Assembly: GCF_000247565.1 (NCBI RefSeq)
Contig: NC_016893.1
Coordinates: 90,001-122,000, forward strand
Direction: 5' to 3'
DNA length: 32,000 bases
Source of the DNA: Wigglesworthia glossinidia endosymbiont of Glossina morsitans morsitans (Yale colony)
Lineage (GTDB): Bacteria > Pseudomonadota > Gammaproteobacteria > Enterobacterales > Enterobacteriaceae
Shown piece after piece: positions 20,876 to 31,336 of the stretch. The notes under the pieces are model-generated. The model saw only the letters and a list, made by a program, of their open reading frames with translations, was not told where the DNA came from and did no database searches. How positions within the stretch are numbered: position 1 is the stretch's first letter; every line of letters begins with the position of its first letter. The position numbers and the translations under genes were made by a program.

Positions 20876-22078
20876 ATGTATCAACCAGCTTTCTTGTATA
20901 TTGGAATAAGATATATCTTAAAAAATGCATTCAATCAATACAATAAATTATCTTCTTGGATATCATTAGTCGGTATAACAATAGGAATATTTACATTAAT
21001 ATTAGTTACTTCTATTATGAATGGATTTGAAAAAAATTTAGCACAACACATACTAAAATATATTCCACATGCAATTTTGAAGAACGAAAATAATATAAAT
21101 TTTAATAAAAATTTGGTTTTATCGAATAATAAAGAATGTTCAAATATTCGAAATTTTTCTTCATTTATTTCGACTAACGTTATTATTCAAAGTGAATACG
21201 GACTAATTAACGGAACAATTTCTAATATAGAATCCATAGAAAAAAATTTATCTTTATTAAATATTAATAATAAAGTTATTAATCGTTTAATACCGGGACA
21301 ATATAAAATTATTATAGGTTACGAACTTTCTAAAATTCTTAATGTTCATATTAATGATCGAATACGATTAATTTTTCCAGAAAAAAGTAATTTTACAATT
21401 GTTGGTTTAATACCTACACAAAGAATTTTTACTGTATTTGATATATTTTATACTAATAGTGAAATGGATAAAAATCAATTATTTATCCATTCAAAAGAAC
21501 TTAAAAAAGTTATGCGTTATCCTGAAAAACATATTGATGGATGGCGATTATGGCTACAAGATCCATTAAAAATTAATACGAATAGTATAAAATCTTGTTT
21601 TATCAGTCATTATTCATATCAAGATTGGCGTGATTATAAATCAGAAATTTTTCGTGCATTAAAAATGGAAAAAAATGTTACTTTAGTATTTTTAAGTTTA
21701 ATTGCTATTATATCTATATGTAACGTTTGCATTGCACTTTCAGTAGAAATTACTTATAAAAAACAAGAAATTGCTATTTTTAAAACACAAGGTTGTAAAA
21801 AATATGAAATATTTTTAATCTTTATATTGTATGGTATAATTAATGGAGTATTAGGTATTTTTTTTGGAAATATAACAGGCATAATATGTGCTTATTATTT
21901 AAATAATATTTTATCAGCATTAGATATATTTAATAAAATTTTTTTACCAGTAAAAATTCAAGCAATTAATATTATTTATATAGACCTTATTTTTATTATT
22001 TTTGTTATTTTATCTACTTTGTACCCTTCTTATTATGCTATGAAAATTCAACCTGCAAAAACTTTAAAATATGAATAA
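20876..22078 (+). CDS. lolC: Lipoprotein-releasing ABC transporter permease LolC
   Basis: 400 aa MYQPAFLYIGIRYIL...SWISLVGITIGIFTLILVTSIMNGFEKNLAQHI; ends YPSYYAMKIQPAKTLKYE; followed by lolD and lolE. Confidence 0.93.
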   Translation: MYQPAFLYIGIRYILKNAFNQYNKLSSWISLVGITIGIFTLILVTSIMNGFEKNLAQHILKYIPHAILKNENNINFNKNLVLSNNKECSNIRNFSSFISTNVIIQSEYGLINGTISNIESIEKNLSLLNINNKVINRLIPGQYKIIIGYELSKILNVHINDRIRLIFPEKSNFTIVGLIPTQRIFTVFDIFYTNSEMDKNQLFIHSKELKKVMRYPEKHIDGWRLWLQDPLKINTNSIKSCFISHYSYQDWRDYKSEIFRALKMEKNVTLVFLSLIAIISICNVCIALSVEITYKKQEIAIFKTQGCKKYEIFLIFILYGIINGVLGIFFGNITGIICAYYLNNILSALDIFNKIFLPVKIQAINIIYIDLIFIIFVILSTLYPSYYAMKIQPAKTLKYE

Positions 22079-22751
22079 AATACCAATTTTAAGTTGTGTA
22101 AATGTTACTAAAATATACAAAAATAAACTTATAATACTTAACAATATAAACTTATCTATTCAAAGATCAGAAACAATCGCTATTGTTGGTCGATCAGGAT
22201 CAGGAAAAAGTACGTTATTATACATATTAAGTGGATTAGACAATCCTACAAAAGGAGATGTTTTTTTTGAAGGCAAATCAATATATCGTTTATCTTCTTC
22301 ACAAAGCGCTGATTTAAGAAATAAAAGTTTTGGATTTATTTATCAATTTCATCATTTGCTTCCAGATTTTAATGTTTTAGAAAATGTTTTAATGCCTGCT
22401 TTAATAGGGAAATTTAACATTAAAAATGCAAAAAAATCTGCATACGAAATTTTAGAACAATTAGGTTTACAAAAACGTGTGCATTATAAACCACATGAAC
22501 TTTCTGGAGGAGAAAAACAAAGAGTAGCTATTGCAAGAGCTTTAATTAACAATCCAAAAATAATTTTTGCAGATGAACCTACTGGAAATTTAGATCAAAT
22601 TTCTGCAAAAAAATTTTTTGCTTTATTAAATACTATAAATTTATATAAAAGTACTACTTTTTTGGTTGTTACACATTGTTTGAATTTTTCAAAAAAATTA
22701 AAAAAAGTGTTAGAGATAAAAAATGGTATTTTATATAAAAAAGATTTCTAA
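22071..22751 (+). CDS. lolD: Lipoprotein-releasing ABC transporter ATPase LolD
   Basis: 226 aa; Walker A GRSGSGKST, signature LSGGEKQRVAIARAL, Walker B IIFADEPTGNLD; 8-nt overlap with lolC. Confidence 0.96.
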   Translation: MNKIPILSCVNVTKIYKNKLIILNNINLSIQRSETIAIVGRSGSGKSTLLYILSGLDNPTKGDVFFEGKSIYRLSSSQSADLRNKSFGFIYQFHHLLPDFNVLENVLMPALIGKFNIKNAKKSAYEILEQLGLQKRVHYKPHELSGGEKQRVAIARALINNPKIIFADEPTGNLDQISAKKFFALLNTINLYKSTTFLVVTHCLNFSKKLKKVLEIKNGILYKKDF

Positions 22752-24018
22752 ATTTTTTTTAGATTTACTCCCATTGTCATTAAAAATTGCACTAAATTTT
22801 CAAATAGGTTGGAAAAAAGAAAAAATAACTGCTTTTATTTCAAATATGTTAATCATCGGAATTACATTAAACATTATTATTAGTATTTTATCGATTAGTA
22901 TAATTAACGGTTTTGAACATGCACTAAAAAATAAAATTTTAAATATAGTACCGCACTTAGAAATTAGTTTTTTAAGCAAATTTTCTATAAAAAATTGGAA
23001 ATTTTTAAAAACGAAAATTTTAAACTTCCCTGACGTTATAGCAATTTCTCCATATTTAAATTTTGTTGGATTAATTGAAAATAAAATCGCATTCCATGTC
23101 CTATATATTCATGCTATTGATACTCAATATGAAACAAAATTTCAAAAAAATGTAAAATATTTTTATAAAGATCAATCAAACATCTTATTACAGCTAGATA
23201 AAATAAATAATTCTATTATCATCGGAGCAGGAATAGCAAAAAAATTTAATTTAAAAATAGGAGATAAATTATCAATTTTTCCTGCTAATATAAATAAAAA
23301 AAATAATTTTGTTTTTCCTCAATCACTTAATTTTAAAATAGTTAACATAATAAAATTTAATAGTCAATTAGATCATGACTTTGCTATTATCTCGTTATTT
23401 CATGCTCAAAAATTACTTAATAGAACAAATGAAATTGACGGTGTTAACATTAAAGTAAAAAACATGTTTAAGTTAAATAATGTAATAAAAGAATTTTTTT
23501 TAATCAATAATCCAAATTTTTTTCAAATTAATACTTGGATGTTAAAATACGGTTATATATATCAAGATATACAGACAGTTCGTGCAATTATATATTTATG
23601 TGTATTTTTAGTTTCTGTTATTTTTTCTTCTAGTATAATCTCTATGTTAACTGCAATTATGAAAAGAAAAATTTTTGATGTTGCTATTTTATTTTCTTTA
23701 GGAGCTAAAAATAGACTAATTTATAGTGTATTTTTATGGTATGGGGGAATATATATTATTTTTGGTAGTTTTTGGGGAATTTTAATAGGTTTGTTTATAT
23801 CGCATTATTTTAATGTAATTATAAAAAAAATTGAAAATTTATTCAATGTTCAATTTTTATCTTCAAATATATATTTCGTAGATTCTATACCAATTCAAAT
23901 TGTTGCTTTTGATATATTTTTGATTATATTATTTATTTTTATATTATTTATGATATCTAGCATATATTCTATATTCAAAATGATGCGTAAAAGTTCTAAT
24001 AAATTTATATTATCTTAA
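22723..24018 (+). CDS. lolE: Lipoprotein-releasing ABC transporter permease LolE
   Basis: 431 aa FtsX-like permease; IINGFEHALKNKILNIVPHLEI, SQLDHDFAIISLFHAQ, YGYIYQDIQTVRAIIYLCVFLV; third gene of lolCDE. Confidence 0.92.
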   Translation: MVFYIKKISKFFLDLLPLSLKIALNFQIGWKKEKITAFISNMLIIGITLNIIISILSISIINGFEHALKNKILNIVPHLEISFLSKFSIKNWKFLKTKILNFPDVIAISPYLNFVGLIENKIAFHVLYIHAIDTQYETKFQKNVKYFYKDQSNILLQLDKINNSIIIGAGIAKKFNLKIGDKLSIFPANINKKNNFVFPQSLNFKIVNIIKFNSQLDHDFAIISLFHAQKLLNRTNEIDGVNIKVKNMFKLNNVIKEFFLINNPNFFQINTWMLKYGYIYQDIQTVRAIIYLCVFLVSVIFSSSIISMLTAIMKRKIFDVAILFSLGAKNRLIYSVFLWYGGIYIIFGSFWGILIGLFISHYFNVIIKKIENLFNVQFLSSNIYFVDSIPIQIVAFDIFLIILFIFILFMISSIYSIFKMMRKSSNKFILS

Positions 24019-24066
24019 AAAATTTTAAAAATTAATTTTAAGATTTAAATTTGTAAGATTTCAAAA

Positions 24067-25449
24067 TTATTTAATATATTTTTTAAATTGACGTATAAGC
24101 TGCGTCGACAATCCAATGTACTTATCAGGAGTAATATTTTGCAAAATCTTTTTATCTGTTTCAGAAATATTTAATGTTTTAATAAATAATTTAATATTAA
24201 TTTCGTTTATTTCGTGTTTTTTAAAAAAATTTTTTACTAATTCATAAGAGTTTTTTATTTTATTACGACGCATTAAAATTTGTATAGGTTCTGATAAAAC
24301 TTCCCAGTGGTTATTTAAATCGTTCTTTATTTTTGAAGTATTTATTTCTAATTTTGAAAAACCATATAACATTTTTTGGTAAGCAATAAATGAATAGCTT
24401 ATAGCAACTCCTATGTTTCTTAATATAGTAGAATCTGTTAAATCTCTTTGTAATCTTGAAATTGGAAGTTTCTTAGATAAAAAGTTTAAAATAGCATTAG
24501 AAAGTTCTAAATTACCTTCTGAGTTTTCAAAATCAATAGGATTTACTTTATGTGGCATAACAGAAGAGCCAATTTCGTTAACATGAAATTTTTTTTTAAA
24601 ATAGTTTCTTGAAACGTATGTCCAAATATCTTGATTAAAACCAATTAAAATGCTATTAAAATGAGATATGCAATTTAAAATTTCTACAATATAATCATGT
24701 GGTTCAATTTGAGTCGTAAACACATTAGGTACAATATCAAAATTAGAAATAAATTTTTTGCTAAAATTAACCCAATCGAAGTTTGGATAAGCAATATTAT
24801 GAGCATTATAATTTCCTACTGTACCATTGAATTTTCCAAGAATTTTGATTTTTTTAAGTTTTTGGTACTGTTGAGTCATTCTATAATAAAAATTTAACAT
24901 TTCTTTTCCAAATGTAGACGGAGTAGCCGGTTGCCCATGAGTACGCGATAGTATTGAGATAGAATCATATTTCATTGAAAATAAGTAAATAGTACGAACA
25001 ATTTTCTTCCAAATTGGCAAAATAAATTTTTTCCTAGCACGGGATAAAATTAATCCATAGGCGAGATTATTAATATCTTCAGATGTACAAGCAAAGTGTA
25101 TAAATTCTGATTTTTCTTTTAAACTGATTAATAAAGAAAATTTTTCTTTTAAAAAATATTCTAAAGATTTAATGTCATGTTTTGTTTTAAATTCAATTTC
25201 TTTAATACGTTCAGCATCTTTAAAACTAAAATTGCTTATAATATTTTTTATAAATCTTTTTTCTATATTATTTAAAGGTTGTAATTCTAATATTTCATCG
25301 CATTCAGCAAGTGATTCAAACCATTTAATTTCTATTTTTAATCGAAATTTTAAAAGTGCAAATTCGCTAAATATAGATCGTAAAGGAACCGTATAATTAT
25401 AATATCTACCTTCAATAGGAGAAATTGCAGTTAGTGAAGAAATATGCAT
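24067..25449 (-). CDS. purB: Adenylosuccinate lyase
   Basis: 460 aa; LTAISPIEGRYYNYT, HFACTSEDINNLAY, THGQPATPSTFGKEM, fumarase signature SSVMPHKVNPIDFENSEGN. Confidence 0.97.
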   Translation of the reverse strand: MHISSLTAISPIEGRYYNYTVPLRSIFSEFALLKFRLKIEIKWFESLAECDEILELQPLNNIEKRFIKNIISNFSFKDAERIKEIEFKTKHDIKSLEYFLKEKFSLLISLKEKSEFIHFACTSEDINNLAYGLILSRARKKFILPIWKKIVRTIYLFSMKYDSISILSRTHGQPATPSTFGKEMLNFYYRMTQQYQKLKKIKILGKFNGTVGNYNAHNIAYPNFDWVNFSKKFISNFDIVPNVFTTQIEPHDYIVEILNCISHFNSILIGFNQDIWTYVSRNYFKKKFHVNEIGSSVMPHKVNPIDFENSEGNLELSNAILNFLSKKLPISRLQRDLTDSTILRNIGVAISYSFIAYQKMLYGFSKLEINTSKIKNDLNNHWEVLSEPIQILMRRNKIKNSYELVKNFFKKHEINEINIKLFIKTLNISETDKKILQNITPDKYIGLSTQLIRQFKKYIK

Positions 25450-25565
25450 ATTTAAGCTCTTTAATAAAATTAAAAAATAGAAAAATTATACAAATAAGTG
25501 GTCAATATCTGTTATTTTTTATTTATTTATCAATTATAATATAAAATATATATTTGATATAACTT

Positions 25566-26684
25566 TTATTTTGATTTATTTAATAAATCGTGTAGTAACG
25601 TTCTGCTATGTATTATGCCGCCTCCTAAACAGCGATTTTTCAAATAAAAAACTGCAGATTGACCTGGAGTCACTGCAAATATAGGTTGATCAAAAATAAC
25701 TTTCAAATATTTTTTTGATTTTGGTTTTTTAATCAAACAACCTGTATTTTCTTGACGATATCTAGTTTTTATTGTGCATTTAAGTTCACTGTTTAATGGC
25801 ATTTGATCAATCCAATGCGGGTAAATAACAATTATGCTCACTGAAAGTAATGCAAGATGATTTCTACCTTGAACAACAATTAAGCTATTTTTTTTTACAT
25901 CTTTATCTGCTACGTACCATGGATCTGCACATGTATTATATGTGCTATTTATATTTATCCCTTTTCTCTGGCCTATTGTGTAATATATCAAACCAGGATG
26001 ATATCCTATTTTTTTATTTTTTATAGAAGTAATTATACCTGGGCTTGCAAGCAAATAATTTTTAATAAATTTTTTAAAATTTCGTTTTCCTATAAAACAA
26101 ATACCTGTTGAATCTTTCTTATTAGCAGTAATTAAATTTAGTTGAGAAGCAATATGTCTTACTTGTAATTTAATGAAATTTCCTACAGGGAAAAGACATT
26201 TAGAAATTTCTTGATGTTTAATTTGATGCAAAAAATAACTTTGATCTTTATTCATATCTATTCCAGAAAATAAATAACTTTTTCCTCGAAAATCCACACG
26301 TCTTGCGTAATGACCAGTTGCAATATAATCTGCTTGCATTTCTTCGAATGCAAAATTTAAAAAAACTTTGAATTTAATTTCTTTGTTACATAGTATGTCT
26401 GGATTCGGAGTCTTACCTAGTTGATATTCTTTAAGAAATATTTTAAAAACTTTATCCCAGTATTGTTTTGAAAAATTTAATACAGTCAAATTAATTCCTA
26501 TTTGCTCACATAAACACTGTGCATCTTGCAAATCCTGTTTAATAGAACAATAACTTTTACAATTATTTTCTTCCCAATTTTTCATGAATACACCTTCTAC
26601 ATGATAACCATTTTTTTTTAATAACCATGCAGATACAGACGAATCTACTCCTCCTGAAATACCAATTACTACTTTTTTTTTCAT
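25566..26684 (-). CDS. mnmA: tRNA-specific 2-thiouridylase
   Basis: 372 aa; [79 protein letters not shown]. Confidence 0.97.
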   Translation of the reverse strand: MKKKVVIGISGGVDSSVSAWLLKKNGYHVEGVFMKNWEENNCKSYCSIKQDLQDAQCLCEQIGINLTVLNFSKQYWDKVFKIFLKEYQLGKTPNPDILCNKEIKFKVFLNFAFEEMQADYIATGHYARRVDFRGKSYLFSGIDMNKDQSYFLHQIKHQEISKCLFPVGNFIKLQVRHIASQLNLITANKKDSTGICFIGKRNFKKFIKNYLLASPGIITSIKNKKIGYHPGLIYYTIGQRKGININSTYNTCADPWYVADKDVKKNSLIVVQGRNHLALLSVSIIVIYPHWIDQMPLNSELKCTIKTRYRQENTGCLIKKPKSKKYLKVIFDQPIFAVTPGQSAVFYLKNRCLGGGIIHSRTLLHDLLNKSK

Positions 26685-27100
26685 TTTTAAATGCTCTATA
26701 AAATAAATTTTTTTATTTATAAAAATTTATCATTTTTTTTATAAATTAAATGTTTTAAAAAAAAATAAAACGTGCAATGATGCAATGAATAATTATTTAA
26801 TTAATTTAATTTTTATATAAATAAAAAAAAATATCAAATTTTATTAAAATTATAAATATAGAAGTTTTATGTAAATATTATATTGTATATTTTCTTATAT
26901 TTGAATATCATAAATTGATTAAAAAAGTTTAAATTTAAAATATTAAAATAAAAATTTTCAAAAATGATACATTTTTTCAAAAAACCACTTAAAATTTAAA
27001 TGTCTCATTATCTTAAATTAAAATAAAAATAATTTTCAAAATAATTTTTTAGCAAATTTTATATTTCATATTGCTATTTTCATTGAAAGAGGCTTACTGT

Positions 27101-27985
27101 ATGATGCGTATTATTCTTTTTATATTAACTAATTTATCAGTTATGATAATATTTGGAATTATATTATCTATTACTGGTATTAAATCCTCTAGTATATTAG
27201 GGCTAATGATTATGTCGGGTCTCTTCGGATTCGGAGGATCAATAGTATCTTTATTATTATCAAAAACTATGGCTATACACGCGGTAAACGCTCAAATTAT
27301 TAAAAATGCTTCTAATGAAACTGAAAAATGGTTATTAAATACGATACGCTTACAAGCAAATCAGATGTCTATTGGCATTCCAGATATAGCTATATACGAA
27401 GCTGCCGATATTAATGCATTTGCTACAGGAGCAAAAAAAAATTCTGCATTAATCGCGGTTAGTACCGGATTATTAAATAATATGGATCGTAAAGAAGCGG
27501 AAGCTGTAATAGCGCATGAAATTAGTCATATCGCAAATGGGGATATGATTACAATGACATTGTTACAAGGTATAGTGAATACGTTTGTAATATTTTTATC
27601 TCGTATTATTGCTCGATTAATATTAAATATTTCTTCTGCAAATAGAGATGAAGAAGATACTTATGCGTATGATAATTCTTGGATGTATATATGTATATCT
27701 ATGGTATTAGAATTAATTTTCGGTATTTTAGCAAGCACAATTACATTATGGTTTTCTAGAAAAAGAGAGTTTTATGCAGATGCAGGATCTGCTAGATTAG
27801 TAGGCAAAAAAAATATGATTGCAGCTTTAAAAAGAATACAAACAACTTGTGAACCAAAAGTTGGTAAAGAAATTTTAGCATTTTGTATTCATGGAAAAAG
27901 TTCTTTAAATGAAATTTTCATGTCTCATCCTCCTATAGAAAAACGTATACATGCATTAGTAATGGAACATTACATTAATAAATAA
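27101..27985 (+). CDS. htpX: Membrane zinc metalloprotease HtpX (ATG at 27101; the ORF track uses TTG 27071)
   Basis: [19 protein letters not shown]..., [11 protein letters not shown] zinc site, [32 protein letters not shown]. Confidence 0.96.
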   Translation: MMRIILFILTNLSVMIIFGIILSITGIKSSSILGLMIMSGLFGFGGSIVSLLLSKTMAIHAVNAQIIKNASNETEKWLLNTIRLQANQMSIGIPDIAIYEAADINAFATGAKKNSALIAVSTGLLNNMDRKEAEAVIAHEISHIANGDMITMTLLQGIVNTFVIFLSRIIARLILNISSANRDEEDTYAYDNSWMYICISMVLELIFGILASTITLWFSRKREFYADAGSARLVGKKNMIAALKRIQTTCEPKVGKEILAFCIHGKSSLNEIFMSHPPIEKRIHALVMEHYINK

Positions 27986-28156
27986 AACTAATTTTCATTA
28001 AAATTTTTATAAAAAATTTTTATTAAATAATTATTCAAAATTTATTTAAAAAATTAGTTAAATTTATTATTGATTTTGATATAAAATTAAAATAAAAAAA
28101 TTATAAATTAATGCACACATATTTTATGTTTAATTTATTATGATTCGCTATTCCAA

Positions 28157-28197
28157 GAGGGTATCTCTATATTTGATTATCAGTATAAGATACTCTC
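28157..28197. other. Strong imperfect stem-loop, function unknown (candidate terminator, leader or small RNA element)
   Basis: Arms GAGGGTATCT (28157-28166) and AGATACTCTC (28188-28197) form a 10-bp helix with one G-U on the + strand transcript; TATA/TATA (28168-28171 / 28184-28187) extends it after a 1-nt bulge; in a 400-bp noncoding gap. Confidence 0.5.
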
Positions 28198-28385
28198 AAA
28201 ATAAAAATAAAAAAAATAATCGAATTTTTACTTAATCAATCCTTTTATTCACATTTACTTTCAATATCGTAATTAAATCTATTTAATTGAAATTAAAATA
28301 TTTATAACAATAAATATTTGATTATAAATTTTTTTAAAAAAATTATTACAGAATATTTAAAAATAACATTAATTGGAGTAATTAC

Positions 28386-29648
28386 ATGGAATTTTTAACA
28401 GATCCCTCATCTTGGGCCGGATTGTTAACTTTGATTATATTAGAGATAGTTTTAGGAATTGATAATTTAATATTCATTGCTATTTTATCTAATAAATTAC
28501 CTCCACAACATCGCGAACGTGCACGCTTAATAGGTTTAAGTATAGCGTTAATTATACGAATAGGATTGTTATCTTTAATTTCTTGGATAGTTACATTAAC
28601 TAAACCATTAATAACAATAATGAACATTATGTTTTCTGGATGTGATTTAATTTTAATATTTGGAGGATTATTTTTAATATTTAAATCCGTGACTGAATTA
28701 CATGAAAGACTTGAACATAAAGAAAATAAAATTCAAGAAAATCGCGGTTATACTAGTTTTTGGATTATGGTAGTACAAATTGTAGTATTAGATGCAATAT
28801 TTTCATTAGATGCAATCATGACTGCAGTAGGAATGGTAAATAATTTATATATCATGATTATTGCAGTCATATTCTCTGTAGTTATTATGTTAATTGCAGC
28901 ACCAACTTTAATTCAATTTATGAATAAACATAAGACCGTAGTAGTGTTGTGTTTAAGTTTTTTATTAATAGTAGGATTTAGCTTAATTTCTGAAGGATTT
29001 AAGTATCATATTCCTAAAGGATATATGTATACTGCAATTAGTTTTTCAATATTAATTGAATTTTTTAATCATATTTCACATCGTAATTTAATAAAAAATC
29101 AATCATTAAAGCCTATGAGAGAACGTGCTGCCGAAACAATAGTACGATTAATGGGGGGGTATATAGACGATCCAATAATAGATAAAAATCTCTCAGATAC
29201 TGAAAAATTGACGAATCTTGCATCTGATGAACGTAGTATGGTTGCTAATATGTTATCATTATTTACACGTTCATTATATAGTATAATGACATTACGAAAA
29301 GAAATTGTTTGGATTAATCTACAAGAACCAATTAAAAAAATTAAAGAACGTGTTTTTAATCAATCGCATAAAATGATTCCTGTATGCAATGAAACGTTAG
29401 ATCAAATTATTGGGATAATACATATCACGGAGTTAATTTCTATAGATAGCATAAAACAGTTGAAACGTGTATCTAAAAGTAATGTCATTGCTACAGTACA
29501 AATAACATGCAACATATTGCAATTAATTAAAAAATTACAACATCCCAGCGGGAAAATTGTTTTTGTTTTAGATAAATCAAATAAAATTCGCGGTTTAATA
29601 ACTCGTGTAGATATTTTAAAAGCTATTTTAAGTGAATTTTCCAGTTAA
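28386..29648 (+). CDS. yoaE: TerC-family inner membrane protein YoaE with CBS-like domains; C-terminal CorC/HlyC domain apparently missing
   Basis: 420 aa MEFLTDPSSWAGLLTLIILEIVLGIDNLIFIAILSNKLPP...DAIFSLDAIMTAVGMVNNL; CBS-like tail GKIVFVLDKSNKIRGLITRVDILKAILSE. Confidence 0.93.
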   Translation: MEFLTDPSSWAGLLTLIILEIVLGIDNLIFIAILSNKLPPQHRERARLIGLSIALIIRIGLLSLISWIVTLTKPLITIMNIMFSGCDLILIFGGLFLIFKSVTELHERLEHKENKIQENRGYTSFWIMVVQIVVLDAIFSLDAIMTAVGMVNNLYIMIIAVIFSVVIMLIAAPTLIQFMNKHKTVVVLCLSFLLIVGFSLISEGFKYHIPKGYMYTAISFSILIEFFNHISHRNLIKNQSLKPMRERAAETIVRLMGGYIDDPIIDKNLSDTEKLTNLASDERSMVANMLSLFTRSLYSIMTLRKEIVWINLQEPIKKIKERVFNQSHKMIPVCNETLDQIIGIIHITELISIDSIKQLKRVSKSNVIATVQITCNILQLIKKLQHPSGKIVFVLDKSNKIRGLITRVDILKAILSEFSS

Positions 29649-29654
29649 ATAATA

Positions 29655-31034
29655 TTAAGATGTTTTTAAAAAATTTAATAATGGGGGTAACAATGATGAA
29701 GATTTTAAAATAACTTCTTGATATTCCTCATCTAAATTACTATCATATACAATTCCACTTCCAACAGAACAAAATAACTGTTTTTCTGATGCAATTAAAG
29801 TACGAATAACTATATTAGTATTCATAGAGTTACAGCAGCTAATATAACCAATACTACCACACCATGCATTTCTTCTATTAGGTTCTAATTTTTCAATAAT
29901 ATGCATTGCGCTAATTTTAGGAGCGCCCGTAATTGACCCACCTGGAAAACAAGACTGAAGCAAATCTAGTGGAGAATATGCACAACTTAATTGCCCTATA
30001 ACAGTACTTACCATATGATGTGCTATAGAAAAAGTTTTTATTTTAAATAAATCAATAACTGATACGGTTCCAATTTGCGCTACTTTTCCGATATCATTAC
30101 GTAATAAATCTACTATCATGAGATTTTCTGCTTGATTTTTTATTGAATTTGATAACTGAAGTATATTTTGTTGATTTTTTTGAATATTTTTAGATTTTGA
30201 AATTGTCCCTTTAATTGGACAACTGGTAATAAAATTATTTTTTAAATTTAAAAAACATTCTGGAGAAAAACTTAATATACTATGTTTTTTTAATTTAATA
30301 AATGCAGAAAATGGTGCGCAGTTATAATTTAACAAATAACAAAAAATTTTCCATTCATCTCCACGATAATATGCTTGATATCTTTTCCCTAAACATATTT
30401 GATAACAATTTCCATTTAAAATATGTTGCTTAATTTTATAAAAATTTTTTTTGTATGCTTTATAATTCATATTTGTATTCCAATTTGTATATAATTGAAA
30501 CATATTGGAAGTATTTTGTTTTTTAATTAACAATTTTTGAAAAATTTTAATAACATTTTTTTTATGCGTAATTAAAGTAGTACGACACAAAATATGGTCT
30601 ACAATTACTGCCCAATAATAGATACCTATTGCCATATCTGGTACAGATATATCTCTTCTAGAGATGTTAGGAATTAAAAATAAACGTTTAGACAAATCGT
30701 ATCCAAACAACCCTAGTGCTCCACCTTGAAAAGGTAAATTGCTATCGTATGAAGCATGCATTCCAGAATGTTGCAGATATTGTTTTACAAGAAAAAATGG
30801 ATTTTCGGTACTTATACTAAATTTATTGCAATCATATTGTTTAATATAAGTATATTTATTTTGGGTAATTAACGTGATATCAGGATAAGCTACTAAAATA
30901 TCAAAACGATTTATTTTTGTATGTTTTTCTCCAGAATACAAGAGCATAGACCATGGTCGATGAGAAATGTAAGAAAATAGCTCTAATGAAATTTTAGGAG
31001 AATATGATAATAAATATTTTTTTGGATATTTCAT
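29655..31034 (-). CDS. pabB: Aminodeoxychorismate synthase component I
   Basis: 459 aa chorismate-binding enzyme; PIKGTIS (the catalytic Lys distinguishes PabB from the PIAGT of TrpE), AENLMIVDLLRNDIGKVA, PGGSITGAPKISAMHIIEKLEPNRRNAWCGSIGY. Confidence 0.93.
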   Translation of the reverse strand: MKYPKKYLLSYSPKISLELFSYISHRPWSMLLYSGEKHTKINRFDILVAYPDITLITQNKYTYIKQYDCNKFSISTENPFFLVKQYLQHSGMHASYDSNLPFQGGALGLFGYDLSKRLFLIPNISRRDISVPDMAIGIYYWAVIVDHILCRTTLITHKKNVIKIFQKLLIKKQNTSNMFQLYTNWNTNMNYKAYKKNFYKIKQHILNGNCYQICLGKRYQAYYRGDEWKIFCYLLNYNCAPFSAFIKLKKHSILSFSPECFLNLKNNFITSCPIKGTISKSKNIQKNQQNILQLSNSIKNQAENLMIVDLLRNDIGKVAQIGTVSVIDLFKIKTFSIAHHMVSTVIGQLSCAYSPLDLLQSCFPGGSITGAPKISAMHIIEKLEPNRRNAWCGSIGYISCCNSMNTNIVIRTLIASEKQLFCSVGSGIVYDSNLDEEYQEVILKSSSLLPPLLNFLKTS

Positions 31035-31336
31035 AATATATTAATATATAATATTAAAAATAATTACATAGTATATCATATTGATGATATATTTAAATTA
31101 ATAAATAAAAAAACGTTATTATATTAATTTTTAAATAAATAAATACAACTTTATATCTTCCATATACTTATTGCATTTAAATTAATGTAAAAATTATTAA
31201 ATTGTTATAAATTTATCATTTATTTTAAAACAACTTCATTAATATAAAAATTTATTATTTTATATAATCAAAAATTAGGTATATTAATTTATTTAGATTA
31301 AAAAAAATTTTAAATGTAATCTAATTCGGAGAATAT

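Noticed and set aside
26685-27100. Similar AATAAAAATTTTCAAAA-like words near 26950 and 27025 upstream of htpX
   Set aside because: Low-complexity AT sequence; copies diverge and are not distinguishable from compositional background.
28382-28627. 81-aa minus-strand ORF over yoaE start, and similar ORFs at 1774-1968, 2193-2396, 12537-12758, 16468-16776, 19960-20169, 24697-24897, 25172-25396
   Set aside because: All lie opposite or out of frame with robustly identified genes (the last two and 19960-20169 are plus-strand shadows of minus-strand genes); no homology recognised.
31072-31091. TATATCAT-attg-ATGATATA inverted repeat between pabB and sppA
   Set aside because: Pure A/T-dominated 8-bp stem in a highly AT-rich spacer; expected by chance at this composition, so not called a feature.
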